DNA of 64,000 nt from positions 538,244 to 602,243 of the forward strand of contig CAVWLR010000009.1 in the NCBI GenBank assembly GCA_963755855.1, given 5' to 3'. The position numbers and the translations under genes are program-made. Under the pieces are notes generated by a model, which did not search any database, had not been told where the DNA came from, and saw nothing but the letters and a program-made list of their open reading frames with translations. Numbering within the stretch: the first letter of the stretch is position 1; each line of letters starts with the position of its first letter. The stretch is from an uncultured Actinomycetes bacterium (GTDB taxonomy: Bacteria; Actinomycetota; Acidimicrobiia; IMCC26256; DASPTH01). Shown in pieces: positions 9,707 through 18,399 of this stretch.

Positions 9707-10545
9707 GCCGCCGAACGTCGAACCGCCCACCGCGCCCGTCGTGGGTGATCGCGCGCACCGACCTGCGTCAGCTGATGCAGGCACGCGACTTCTGGATGCC
9801 ACTCATGATCGTGGCGCTGCTCTTCTTCGTGATCATCCCGACGTTCCTCCTGCTGATCCTCGGATCGGTGAAGGACGCCAACCTGGCGAAGAAGCTCAGC
9901 GACGTGGTGGGCAGCCTGCCCAAGGACCTGCAGGCGAGGGCGCACGGCAAGGACGGAGCGGTGAGCGCGTCGTACACGCTGGCGGTCTACCTGTTCGCGC
10001 CGCTCGCGATCATCGTTCCGCTGACGGTGTCGTCGGCGGTGGGTGCGCACACGATCGTCGGCGAGCGCGAGCGCGGGAGCGGCGAGTTCCTCTCGCACTC
10101 CCCCGCCACCGAGCGCCAGATCTACCTGGGCAAGCTGATGGCCAGCCTCATCCCCGGCTACTTCACCGCCGCCACCGGGTTCCTCCTCTACTCGCTGGTG
10201 GTGAACCTGATCGTCGGCCCCAAGCTCGGCGGGTGGTTCTTCCCGACGACGAACTGGTGGATCCTGATGTGCTGGGTGCTCCCCCCGTTCATCGCGCTGG
10301 CGCTGGCGGTGATCCTCGCCATCTCGGCCCGGGTGTCGAGCGCGGCCGCCGCGCAACAGGCGTCGGCCCTGGCCACGTTGCCGCTGATCGTGATCGCCTA
10401 CGGGGTGTCGAGCAACACGCTGTTCCGCGGGTCGGGGGTGGCGTTCTTCATCGGTGGGCTCGCCTGGGTGGCGGCGATCTTCGCGTTGTGGCGCGCCTCC
10501 AAGGCCGTCTCCCGTGAGCGCCTGCTCGGCATGGGCGCCGCGTAA
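9703..10545 (+). CDS. ABC-2 type transporter permease
   Basis: GTG start overlaps the ATPase stop. About six TM helices. Confidence 0.75.
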   Translation: MSRRTSNRPPRPSWVIARTDLRQLMQARDFWMPLMIVALLFFVIIPTFLLLILGSVKDANLAKKLSDVVGSLPKDLQARAHGKDGAVSASYTLAVYLFAPLAIIVPLTVSSAVGAHTIVGERERGSGEFLSHSPATERQIYLGKLMASLIPGYFTAATGFLLYSLVVNLIVGPKLGGWFFPTTNWWILMCWVLPPFIALALAVILAISARVSSAAAAQQASALATLPLIVIAYGVSSNTLFRGSGVAFFIGGLAWVAAIFALWRASKAVSRERLLGMGAA

Positions 10546-10634
10546 CCCACTTCTCCAGCCGCCAATTCTCCACCATTGGGCGCTGCTCTGCGTCGCTACG
10601 CCGCACCAGTGACGCCGAAACGTAGAGTCGCCGC

Positions 10635-12254
10635 GTGTACGAGAGCTTCGCGACGGTGTGGGAGCGCGTGGCCGACGCGGTTCCCGATGCGCCGGCAGTC
10701 GTGCAGGGCGACCGACGCGTCACCTACGGCAAGATCGAGCACCGGGCGGCGAAGCTGACGAGCGCGCTCTCGGCGTGGGGTGTGGGTCACGACACCAAGG
10801 TCGCGCTGTTCCTGCACAACTGCCCCGAGTACATGGAGCTGCTGTTCGCGCTGTCGAAGCTGCGGGCGGTGCCGGCCAACGTCAACTTCCGCTACCTCGG
10901 CGACGAGCTCGTGCAGCTGGTCGACAACGCCGACGCCGAGGTGCTCGTCCACCACCGCTCGCTGCGCGACCGGGTCGATGCCGCGCGCGACCGCATGCCC
11001 GGCGTGCGCCACACCATCGAGATCGACGACGACGGCGCGACCGACTCGCGGTACGAGGAGCTCCTGCGCGACCACGAGCCGGCGCCACGGATCGAGCGCT
11101 CGGGCGACGACCTCCTCCTCTGGTACACCGGCGGCACGACCGGCCTGCCGAAGGGCGTGCTCTGGCACCAGGGCACGTTGCTGGGGTACGGCCTCATCGC
11201 CGCGTACGCCTTGCAGGACGAGACGCCCCCGGCCTCCGACGACGCGGACGCGCTCGACGAGCTGATCGCCGACGTGCAGCGCTGGCGGGCCCGCGGCACG
11301 CCGCTCGTCTCGCTCCTCACCACGCCGCTGGTGCACGCCACCGCGGTGCACCAGGCCAACACCGCGTTCGCGGTCGGCGGCACCATCGTGCTGCTCGAGC
11401 GCGGCGGCACCGACGGCGACACCATCTGCACGACCATCGCCCGCGAGCGGCCGAGCGTGCTCGAGATCGTGGGCGACGTCCTCATGCGTCGCGTCGCCGG
11501 CGCGCTCGACGGCGCCGACGAGCGCGGCGAGCCGTACGACCTGTCGTCGCTCCGCCGCATCCACAACTCGGGCGCGATGGTGAGCGCACCGCTGAAGGAC
11601 GCACTGCTGTCGCGCGGCACGATGCACGTGTACGACTCGCTGGGGTCGAGCGAGGCGGTGGGGTTCGGCGTCGCGCTCACCACCGAGGCCGGCGCCGGCG
11701 AGACCGCCCGCTTCCGCATCGGTCCGAACGCGCGCCTGCTCGTCGCCGCCGACGCAGACGAGCAGGTCGAGCCCGGCTCGGGACGGGTGGGCGTGCTCGC
11801 GGTGCACACGTCGTGCGCCACCGGGTACTACAAGGACCCGGCGCGCACCGCCGCCACCTTCCGCATGATCGACGGCCGGCTCCACGCCATCCCCGGCGAC
11901 CAGGCCACCCTCGACGCCGACGGCACGCTCACCCTCCTCGGCCGGGGCTCCAACTGCATCAACTCGGGCGGCGAGAAGATCTGGCCCGAGGAGGTCGAGG
12001 AGGTGCTGAAGGAGCACCCGGCGGTGACCGACGCCGTCGTCCTCGGCGTTGCTGACGACGAGTGGGGTCAGGTCGTTGCCGCGGTCGTCGCCACGACCGG
12101 CGACGACCCCCCCGACGCCGATGCGCTCGGCGACTGGGTCGGCGCGCGCCTCGCGGGCTACAAGCGCCCACGCCGGTTCGTCTTCGCCGACGAGGTCGGC
12201 CGCACCACCGTCGGCAAGCTCGACTACGAGTGGGCCCGTCAGGCCCTCCACTGA
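10635..12254 (+). CDS. acyl-CoA synthetase (AMP-dependent synthetase/ligase)
   Basis: Motifs LWYTGGTTGLPKGV and a C-terminal GKLDY. Confidence 0.85.
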   Translation: MYESFATVWERVADAVPDAPAVVQGDRRVTYGKIEHRAAKLTSALSAWGVGHDTKVALFLHNCPEYMELLFALSKLRAVPANVNFRYLGDELVQLVDNADAEVLVHHRSLRDRVDAARDRMPGVRHTIEIDDDGATDSRYEELLRDHEPAPRIERSGDDLLLWYTGGTTGLPKGVLWHQGTLLGYGLIAAYALQDETPPASDDADALDELIADVQRWRARGTPLVSLLTTPLVHATAVHQANTAFAVGGTIVLLERGGTDGDTICTTIARERPSVLEIVGDVLMRRVAGALDGADERGEPYDLSSLRRIHNSGAMVSAPLKDALLSRGTMHVYDSLGSSEAVGFGVALTTEAGAGETARFRIGPNARLLVAADADEQVEPGSGRVGVLAVHTSCATGYYKDPARTAATFRMIDGRLHAIPGDQATLDADGTLTLLGRGSNCINSGGEKIWPEEVEEVLKEHPAVTDAVVLGVADDEWGQVVAAVVATTGDDPPDADALGDWVGARLAGYKRPRRFVFADEVGRTTVGKLDYEWARQALH

Positions 12255-12295
12255 CGTTTCGGCGCCGCTACGCCGTGACATTCACGCGGTAGGGA

Positions 12296-12313
12296 CGCCA
12301 GAACGTTCTGGCG
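12296..12313. repeat. perfect 18-bp palindrome CGCCAGAACGTTCTGGCG between convergent 3' ends
   Basis: Seen directly. Lies between the ligase stop (12254) and the hydrolase stop (12320). Member of the recurring CAGAACGTTCTGG family. Confidence 0.7.
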
Positions 12314-12319
12314 GGTCGG

Positions 12320-13180
12320 TCAGGCGAGGTGTTGACGCACGAGGGCGGCGGCTCTCGCCGTGTCCTCCTGCACGAAGAAGTGCGTGCCGGACACGGTGAT
12401 GAGCTCGACGCCGGCCCGGTCGGCCTGGGCCGCGAACATGCCTGCGGGGAGGTCGGTGCCGTCGGCGCAGACGATGGTGACGTCGGCGTGGAGCGACGCG
12501 AGATGCTCGAACGACGCGGGTGCGCCGTCGTCGCGCGTGCCGCACTCGAAGAACCACGCCTCGACCTCGGGTGGGCACGCGAGCTCGACCTGGCCGTCGG
12601 GGCGGTCGCGGAACCCCCACTGCACGTAGCCGGCGAGCGCTTCGTGCTCCATCACGTTCATCGGCGGGCGGCTGCCGTACGACGCGAGCACCGTCGCCCG
12701 ATCAGCCCACACCGGGCGGCGCTTCCGCGCCATCGCCGACATGTGGTTCTCGTTGCTCCGACCGGGCAGGCCGTCGATCGCGGCCATGGCGATGGCTTCG
12801 CAGAGCAGCAGCCGGCGGACGCGCCCCGGCTGCAACCGATCGACCAGGATCCCGGTGCCGCCGCCGAGCGATTCGCCCAGGATCACGACCTCGTCGAGGT
12901 CCAGGTGGTCGAGCATCGCCACCACGTCGCCGGCCGCGGCCACGAACCCGCAGTCCTCGAACGTCGTCGGTGCGTCGCTCGTCCCGTGCCCCCGCAGGTC
13001 GACGCCCACCACCCGGTGGTCGGCGGTCAACGCCCGGGCCAATGGGTCGAACACGCCGGCGCAGAAGCCGTTCGGATGGAGCAGGACCAGCGGCGGGCCG
13101 TCGCCGCCCCAGTCGAGCGCGCCGATGATGCGACCGTCGTGCTCGACCGTCCGGCGCTGCGGTTCATCGGCGTTCGGCAC
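12320..13180 (-). CDS. alpha/beta hydrolase
   Basis: Core VLLHPNGFCAGVF...GHGTSD...ILGESLGG. The likely start is GTG at 13180; ATG at 13255 is possible. Confidence 0.7.
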   Translation of the reverse strand: MPNADEPQRRTVEHDGRIIGALDWGGDGPPLVLLHPNGFCAGVFDPLARALTADHRVVGVDLRGHGTSDAPTTFEDCGFVAAAGDVVAMLDHLDLDEVVILGESLGGGTGILVDRLQPGRVRRLLLCEAIAMAAIDGLPGRSNENHMSAMARKRRPVWADRATVLASYGSRPPMNVMEHEALAGYVQWGFRDRPDGQVELACPPEVEAWFFECGTRDDGAPASFEHLASLHADVTIVCADGTDLPAGMFAAQADRAGVELITVSGTHFFVQEDTARAAALVRQHLA

Positions 13181-13253
13181 CCGGGGCAAGCTAGCTCTCG
13201 ATCGGGGCGCTCGACTGGCCCCGCCCACGCGCGCTTTGGGTATCCTGCCGGGC

Positions 13254-13376
13254 ATGCCGACCGCAGCTGGAAGCCGCTTGCGCTGTGAGCAGTGCGAGAC
13301 CGAGATCATCGTGGTGAAGGGCACCGACAACGAGGTGTCGTGTTGTGGGCAGGCGATGGCCGCCCGCGAGGGGTGA
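13254..13376 (+). CDS. desulforedoxin-like miniprotein (Cx2C-x15-CC)
   Basis: MPTAAGSRLRCEQCETEIIVVKGTDNEVSCCGQAMAAREG. Cysteine spacing is identical to the D. gigas desulforedoxin pattern C-x2-C...CCG-x2-M. Confidence 0.5.
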   Translation: MPTAAGSRLRCEQCETEIIVVKGTDNEVSCCGQAMAAREG

Positions 13377-13380
13377 CGAG

Positions 13381-13521
13381 ATGCCGAACCAGATGGGCAA
13401 GCGCTACACGTGCGCCGAGTGCGAGGCCACCGTGCTGGTCACGAAGGCCGGCGACGGCGAGCTGAGCTGCCACGGGGTGATGGAGATCGCCCAGGCGAAG
13501 CCGCTCCCCTCGTCCGACTGA
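13381..13521 (+). CDS. desulforedoxin-like miniprotein paralog (Cx2C-x15-CH variant)
   Basis: MPNQMGKRYTCAECEATVLVTKAGDGELSCHGVMEIAQAKPLPSSD. Starts 4 nt after the first copy. Confidence 0.5.
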   Translation: MPNQMGKRYTCAECEATVLVTKAGDGELSCHGVMEIAQAKPLPSSD

Positions 13522-13528
13522 TCACGTC

Positions 13529-13549
13529 GCGCCAGGACGTTCCTGGCGC
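13529..13549. repeat. 9-3-9 inverted repeat GCGCCAGGA-CGT-TCCTGGCGC
   Basis: Starts 8 nt after the miniprotein stop and ends 19 nt before the next gene start. Variant of the CAGAACGTTCTGG family. Confidence 0.65.
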
Positions 13550-13567
13550 ATTTCCAGGGGGGCCACC

Positions 13568-15011
13568 GTGAACATCGCCATGATCCTCGAGATGGCGGCC
13601 GACGCCCTCGGGGACCGACTCGCCTACGGCACCCGCGCCGACGGCCTCTCGTACGAAGCCCTCCGGGCCGCTGCCCGCGGCATCGCCGACCGGGTCGACG
13701 GCACCGGCGCCGAGCGCCTGGCGCTCATGGAGTCGAACGCGCCGATCGTGCCCGCGACGCTCTTCGGCGCCGCCTGGGCCGGGGTGAGCTACGCGCCGCT
13801 CAACTACCGCCTCCCGGAGGCCCAGCTCGAGGCCTTGTTGGGCCGCATCGAGCCCGCGGTCGTGTCGGCGCCGCACTGGCTCGACAACAAGGGCACCAGC
13901 GAGCGCGCGTTCCCCGACGCACCCGAGGCCCCGGCGGTGCTGCTCTTCACCAGCGGCACGTCGGCCGAGCCCAAGGCCGCGATCCTCGAGCACGACCAGT
14001 TGCTCGCCTACATCTTCAACACGCTCGAGTTCGCGTCGGCCGGCGAGGACGAAGCCGCCATCGTCGTGGTGCCGCCGTTCCACGTTGCCGGCGTCGCCGC
14101 CGTGCTCAGCAACACCTACGTCGGTCGCCGCATCGTGCCCGTGCCCGGCGTGCGCTTCTCGCGCCGAGGACTGGCTCGTCACCGCGCGCGACGAGGGCGT
14201 CACCCACGCCATGCTCGTGCCCACCATGCTCGGCAAGATCGTCGAGGCCATGGAGGGCGACGAGTCGCTGCGGGTCCCGACGCTGCGGGCGCTCTCGTAC
14301 GGGGGCGCCAAGATGCACCCGTCGATCCTGCGGCGCGCGCTCGTGCTCTTCCCCGAGGTCGACTTCGTCAACGCCTACGGGCTCACCGAGACGAGCAGCA
14401 CCGTCGCCATCCTCGGACCCGACGACCACCGCCTCGCCCTCTACAGCGACGAGCCGCTCTTCACCGCCCGCCTCGGGTCGGTGGGCCAGCCGGTCCCGGG
14501 CATCGAGTTCCGCATCGTCGACGGCGAGGGCGCCACGCTCGGTCCCGACGAACCGGGCGAGATCCTCATCAAGGGCGACCAGGTCGGCGGCAAGTACGTG
14601 GGCACCGACTCGAAGGTCGACCCCGACGGGTGGCTCCACACCGGCGACCGCGGCTGGCTCGACATCGAGGGCTACGTGTTCTGCGAGGGACGCGCCGACG
14701 ACACCATCATCCGCGGCGGCGAGAACATCGGCCCCGCCGAGGTGGAGGACGCGCTCCTGCAGCACGACGCGATCTCGGTGGCCGCGGTGGTGGGTCTCGC
14801 CGACGAGCAGTACGGCGAGAAGATCGCGGCGATGATCTCGTTGCGCCCCGGTGTCGACGAGGTCGACCTCGACGCCGTCCGCGACTGGACGCGCGAGCGC
14901 ATCGGCGGTCTGAAGGCCCCGGAGATCATCGTGGTGGTCGAAGAGGTCCCGCAGACCGCCACGGGCAAGCTCCTCCGCCGCGAGGTCAAGCGGCTCCTCG
15001 AGGAGAACTAG
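13568..15011 (+). CDS. fatty-acid--CoA ligase (AMP-binding), single frameshift near 14160
   Basis: The N-terminal part (..PPFHVAGV..) is in the frame of ORF 13568. The C-terminal part (AEDWLVTARDEGVTHAMLVP ... GKLLRREV) is in the frame of ORF 14085. Joining them needs a 1-nt indel. Confidence 0.7.
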
Positions 15012-16135
15012 CGCTCGATCGCGCCGACCGCGGGTTGGGCGACCACCTCGCTGGTCACCGCGTCGAGCCGGTCGGCGCGCCCCTTCAGGGTGCCGTCGAG
15101 GAACGCCACCGTGATCGAGCTGGTGAGCTCGAACGCGGGATCGCCGGGCTGCGTGTACGGCGGCACGTGGCTCGAGTTCAGCGACACCATCCAGCGCGGC
15201 GCGGTGAGGTTGTCGCGGTCCCACTGGATCGAGTGCTCGTAGGGGTCGTACTCGTCGTTGGTCTCCATGATGTGGAGGATCGGCGTTCCGGTGTCGCGCA
15301 CGCTCGGGTTGTTGGCGTTGGCCAGGTCGCCCGCCATCGAGATCACCGACTTGACCCGGGGGTCGCGGCAGCACGCGAGGAACCCGACGCCGAACGACAC
15401 CACCTCGCCGTCGGAGTGTCCGGCGGCGGCGACGCGGTTCGGGTCGATCAGGCCGGCGAGCGGGTCGCCCGGGCCGAGCGCGAGCATCTGCGTGATCACG
15501 AACGACGCGTCACCGAAGGTCTGCTCGTAGTCGACGTGGCTGGCCCCGCCGTCGGAGCCGCTCAGGATGGGGAACACCGGCGCGGCGACGACGTAGCCCG
15601 CCGCCGCCCAACGCTGGAGCAGCGGCGCGTAGAAGTCGGGGGTGACGTCGTAGCCGTGGGCGAAGAGCACCAGCGGGTACGGGCCGTGGGCCGGGTCCGG
15701 TGCGGCGCCGGCCACCGGGTCGCCGCCGGCCGCTCCCGCCGCCGGGTACCACAGCTCGGTGGGCAGCGTGCGGGTGGCGGCGCCGCCGAACGAGCCGTTC
15801 GGTGAGGTGCCGCGCGACGCGTCGACGAACGTGAGGGTGCTGGTGCCCACCGCGTAGCGGCGGTTGGTGTCGAGGCCCGCGGCGGGGGCCGTGGTCGACG
15901 GTCCGGCCGCCGGAGTGCTCGTGGGTGCCGCGGTCGCGGTCGTCGGCGCCACCGTCGTGGTGGTCGACCGCTTCGATCCGCCGGCCGACACCGGAGCGTC
16001 GTCGTCACTACTCCCGAAGCGGGCGAGACCACCGGCGACGAGCACCGCAACCAGCACCAGGACCGCGGCGCCGACCGCGACGACCGTGCGGCGCCGCCGG
16101 ACGGCCTGGCTGCGCGGCGCGCGCGGCGTGGGCAT
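15008..16135 (-). CDS. membrane-anchored alpha/beta hydrolase (lipase / PAF-acetylhydrolase-like)
   Basis: N-terminal TM anchor, Thr/Ala-rich linker, LVLFAHGY...AAAGHSDG nucleophile elbow. Confidence 0.7.
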   Translation of the reverse strand: MPTPRAPRSQAVRRRRTVVAVGAAVLVLVAVLVAGGLARFGSSDDDAPVSAGGSKRSTTTTVAPTTATAAPTSTPAAGPSTTAPAAGLDTNRRYAVGTSTLTFVDASRGTSPNGSFGGAATRTLPTELWYPAAGAAGGDPVAGAAPDPAHGPYPLVLFAHGYDVTPDFYAPLLQRWAAAGYVVAAPVFPILSGSDGGASHVDYEQTFGDASFVITQMLALGPGDPLAGLIDPNRVAAAGHSDGEVVSFGVGFLACCRDPRVKSVISMAGDLANANNPSVRDTGTPILHIMETNDEYDPYEHSIQWDRDNLTAPRWMVSLNSSHVPPYTQPGDPAFELTSSITVAFLDGTLKGRADRLDAVTSEVVAQPAVGAIER

Positions 16136-16213
16136 GGCGGAGCAACCTAGCGGTGCGGGCGGCGCCGTCCGGCGCGGCGCACGTCACCGGTCAGGACGCG
16201 ATGTCGGCGGGGC

Positions 16214-16414
16214 TCAGCCCTCGTCGATGGCGATCGCCTGCTTCGGGCACTGCCGCACGGCCTGGTCGCACTTCTCACGCAGCTCGTCGGGAGGGTTCTC
16301 CTGGAGCACGTAGAGGAAGTTGTCGTCACGGACCTCGAACACTTCGGGGACGATGCCCATGCAGATCGCATTGCTCTCGCAGAGGTCGAAGTCGACCACG
16401 ACCTTCCAGGCCAT
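16214..16414 (-). CDS. ferredoxin (small single-cluster Fdx)
   Basis: 66 aa: MAWKVVVDFDLCESNAICMGIVPEVFEV...CPKQAI. GGAGG RBS. Confidence 0.8.
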   Translation of the reverse strand: MAWKVVVDFDLCESNAICMGIVPEVFEVRDDNFLYVLQENPPDELREKCDQAVRQCPKQAIAIDEG

Positions 16415-16455
16415 TGTGCCTCCAAGACGCGCGTTGGAACGTTGGAACGGCGACT

Positions 16456-16949
16456 CTACTGCGCGACCCTGCGGGGCGCGGACGCCGGTCGGGACCCCTC
16501 CGAGGGGCGCCTCCGAGGGGTGCCTGGGAGAGGCGTGGACGGCGCCGGGCGGGCGATCACGAGCACCGCACCGACGAGGACCGCCGCGATGCCGACGAGC
16601 AGGAACGACGGGGTGTCGGACGAGCCGGTGAAGGCCAGGCCCGACCGGCGTTCCCCGCCCCCGATTTGGTGGCCGTGGCCGTCTTGACCCGCACCACGAC
16701 CTCGCCACCAGGAGTGGCGCAGCTGGCTGCGTAGGCGTTGCCGTCGCCGTCGCCGTCGCCGTCGCCGTAGGTGAAGTTGACCGAGAGGTCGGTGTCGGTG
16801 GTGAGCTCGGCCCGGAGCACAGAGGTGCCGTCGGCGACGTGCTGCGACGCGAGGGCAACGGTGGGGCCGGTGAGGGGCGGCGACTGGCCGGAGAGCGTGA
16901 TGTCGACACCGCTCTCGACCGTGGCGGTGACGGTGACAGGGCTCGGCAC
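16456..16949 (-). pseudogene. remnant of an LAxTG-type sortase substrate carrying a (GD)4 repeat
   Basis: Frame A encodes a beta-rich segment ending ...KSGAGNAG. The third frame continues SGLAFTGSSDTPS-FLLVGIAAVLVGAVLVIA-RP, a classic sorting-signal layout (LAxTG is the class E sortase motif). Joining needs a frameshift at a G-run. No signal peptide found. Confidence 0.3.
16740..16766. repeat. (GCCGTC)4 hexanucleotide tandem repeat encoding GDGDGDGDG on the minus strand
   Basis: Seen directly. Confidence 0.7.
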
Positions 16950-16953
16950 GCCG

Positions 16954-18108
16954 TCAGCGCATCCGTAGCGGTCGGAAGAACTCCCTGATGTCGGCTGCGA
17001 GCAGCTCGGGCTCCTCGAAGGCGGCGAAGTGACCACCACGCGGCATGTCGGTCCAGTGCCGGAGGTCGTAGCGGGTCTCGGCCCACCGTCGCGCGGGTCG
17101 GATGATCTCCGCCGGGAACGCCGCCACCCCCACCGGCACCTCGACCCGGGACCCGGCGACGAACCCGCGGGTCTCCTGGGCCTCGAAGTACAGGCGCCCG
17201 GCCGAGTGCGCGGTGCCGGTGAGCCAGTAGAGCATGACGTTGTCGAGCAGCTGGTCCTTGGTGAAGCGCCGCTCCACGTCGCCGTCGCAGTCGCTCCAGG
17301 TGCGGAACTTCTCGACGATCCAGCCGGCGAGGCCGGCCGGAGAGTCGTCGAGTGCGTACCCGATCGTCTGCGGCTTGGTGCCCTGGATCTTGGCGTACCC
17401 GGAGTCGACCCGGTCGTAGTACTCGTAGGTCGCCAGCGCGATGCGCTCGTCGTCCTGCAGGTGCTCGCGGTCGAGGTCGGGCGGAGGTGGCGCCACCACC
17501 ATGTTGAGGTGCAGCCCCACCAGGTGCTCGGGGTCGGCGAGGCCGAGCTGGGTCGAGATCATCGAGCCCCAGTCGCCACCCTGGGCGCCGTAGCGCTCGT
17601 ACCCGAGGCCGGCCATGAGCGTGGCCCAGGCGTCGGCGATGCGCCGCGGCCCCCACCCCCGCTCCCGGGTCGGGCCCGAGAACGCGTAGCCCGGGATCGA
17701 CGGGCACACGACGTGGAACGCGTCGCCGGGATCGCCGCCGTGCGCCCGGGGGTCGGCGAGCGGACGGATGATCTCCATGAACTCGACCACGGAACCGGGC
17801 CACCCGTGGGTGATCACCAGCGGCAGCGCATCGGGTTCGGGGGAACGGGCGTGGATGAAGTGCACGCGCGCGCCGTCGACCTCGGTGACGAAGTTGTCGA
17901 ACGCGTTGAGCATCGCCTCCGCGCGGCGCCAGTCGTACTCGTCGCGCCAGTAGGCGACGAGCTCGGCGAGGTAGCCACGCTCGGTGCCGTAGTCCCAGCC
18001 GGCGTCGGGCAGCTGCGCCGAGAGCCGCGTGCGCCCGAGTCGGGCGTGCAGGTCGTCGAGGTCGGCGTCGGGGATCGCGATCGTGAACGGCTCGATGGCG
18101 AGCGACAT
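16954..18108 (-). CDS. epoxide hydrolase (microsomal EH-like)
   Basis: EH N-terminal domain plus HGWPGS and GGDWG motifs. Confidence 0.85.
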   Translation of the reverse strand: MSLAIEPFTIAIPDADLDDLHARLGRTRLSAQLPDAGWDYGTERGYLAELVAYWRDEYDWRRAEAMLNAFDNFVTEVDGARVHFIHARSPEPDALPLVITHGWPGSVVEFMEIIRPLADPRAHGGDPGDAFHVVCPSIPGYAFSGPTRERGWGPRRIADAWATLMAGLGYERYGAQGGDWGSMISTQLGLADPEHLVGLHLNMVVAPPPPDLDREHLQDDERIALATYEYYDRVDSGYAKIQGTKPQTIGYALDDSPAGLAGWIVEKFRTWSDCDGDVERRFTKDQLLDNVMLYWLTGTAHSAGRLYFEAQETRGFVAGSRVEVPVGVAAFPAEIIRPARRWAETRYDLRHWTDMPRGGHFAAFEEPELLAADIREFFRPLRMR

Positions 18109-18182
18109 GGGTCGAAGCTATCGTCCCTCTGCCATCCCGTTCCCGGTCCCGGTTGACCGGTCCCGATCATCCGGAGGATCCG

Positions 18183-18392
18183 ATGGATCACACCTACAAG
18201 ATCACCGAGATCGTCGGCTCGTCGGACGAGGGTCTCGACAGCGCGATCCGCAACGGCATCACCCGTGCGTCGAAGACCCTGCGGAACCTCGACTGGTTCG
18301 AGGTCACCGACATCCGCGGCGCCATGAACGACGGCGACATCGCGTGGTTCCAGGTGACGATGAAGGTCGGCTTCCGCCTCGACGACGACTGA
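18183..18392 (+). CDS. dodecin family flavin-binding protein
   Basis: MDHTYKITEIVGSSDEGLDSAIRNGITRASKTLRNLDWFEVTDIRG...FQVTMKVGFRLDDD closely resembles mycobacterial dodecin. Confidence 0.8.
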   Translation: MDHTYKITEIVGSSDEGLDSAIRNGITRASKTLRNLDWFEVTDIRGAMNDGDIAWFQVTMKVGFRLDDD

Positions 18393-18399
18393 CCCGAGC

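Noticed and set aside
13254-13521. The two miniprotein ORFs being random short ORFs
   Set aside because: Not rejected outright, but kept as features. The exact Cx2C-x15-CC/CH spacing, tandem arrangement and tight spacing are unlikely by chance. Confidence is kept moderate.
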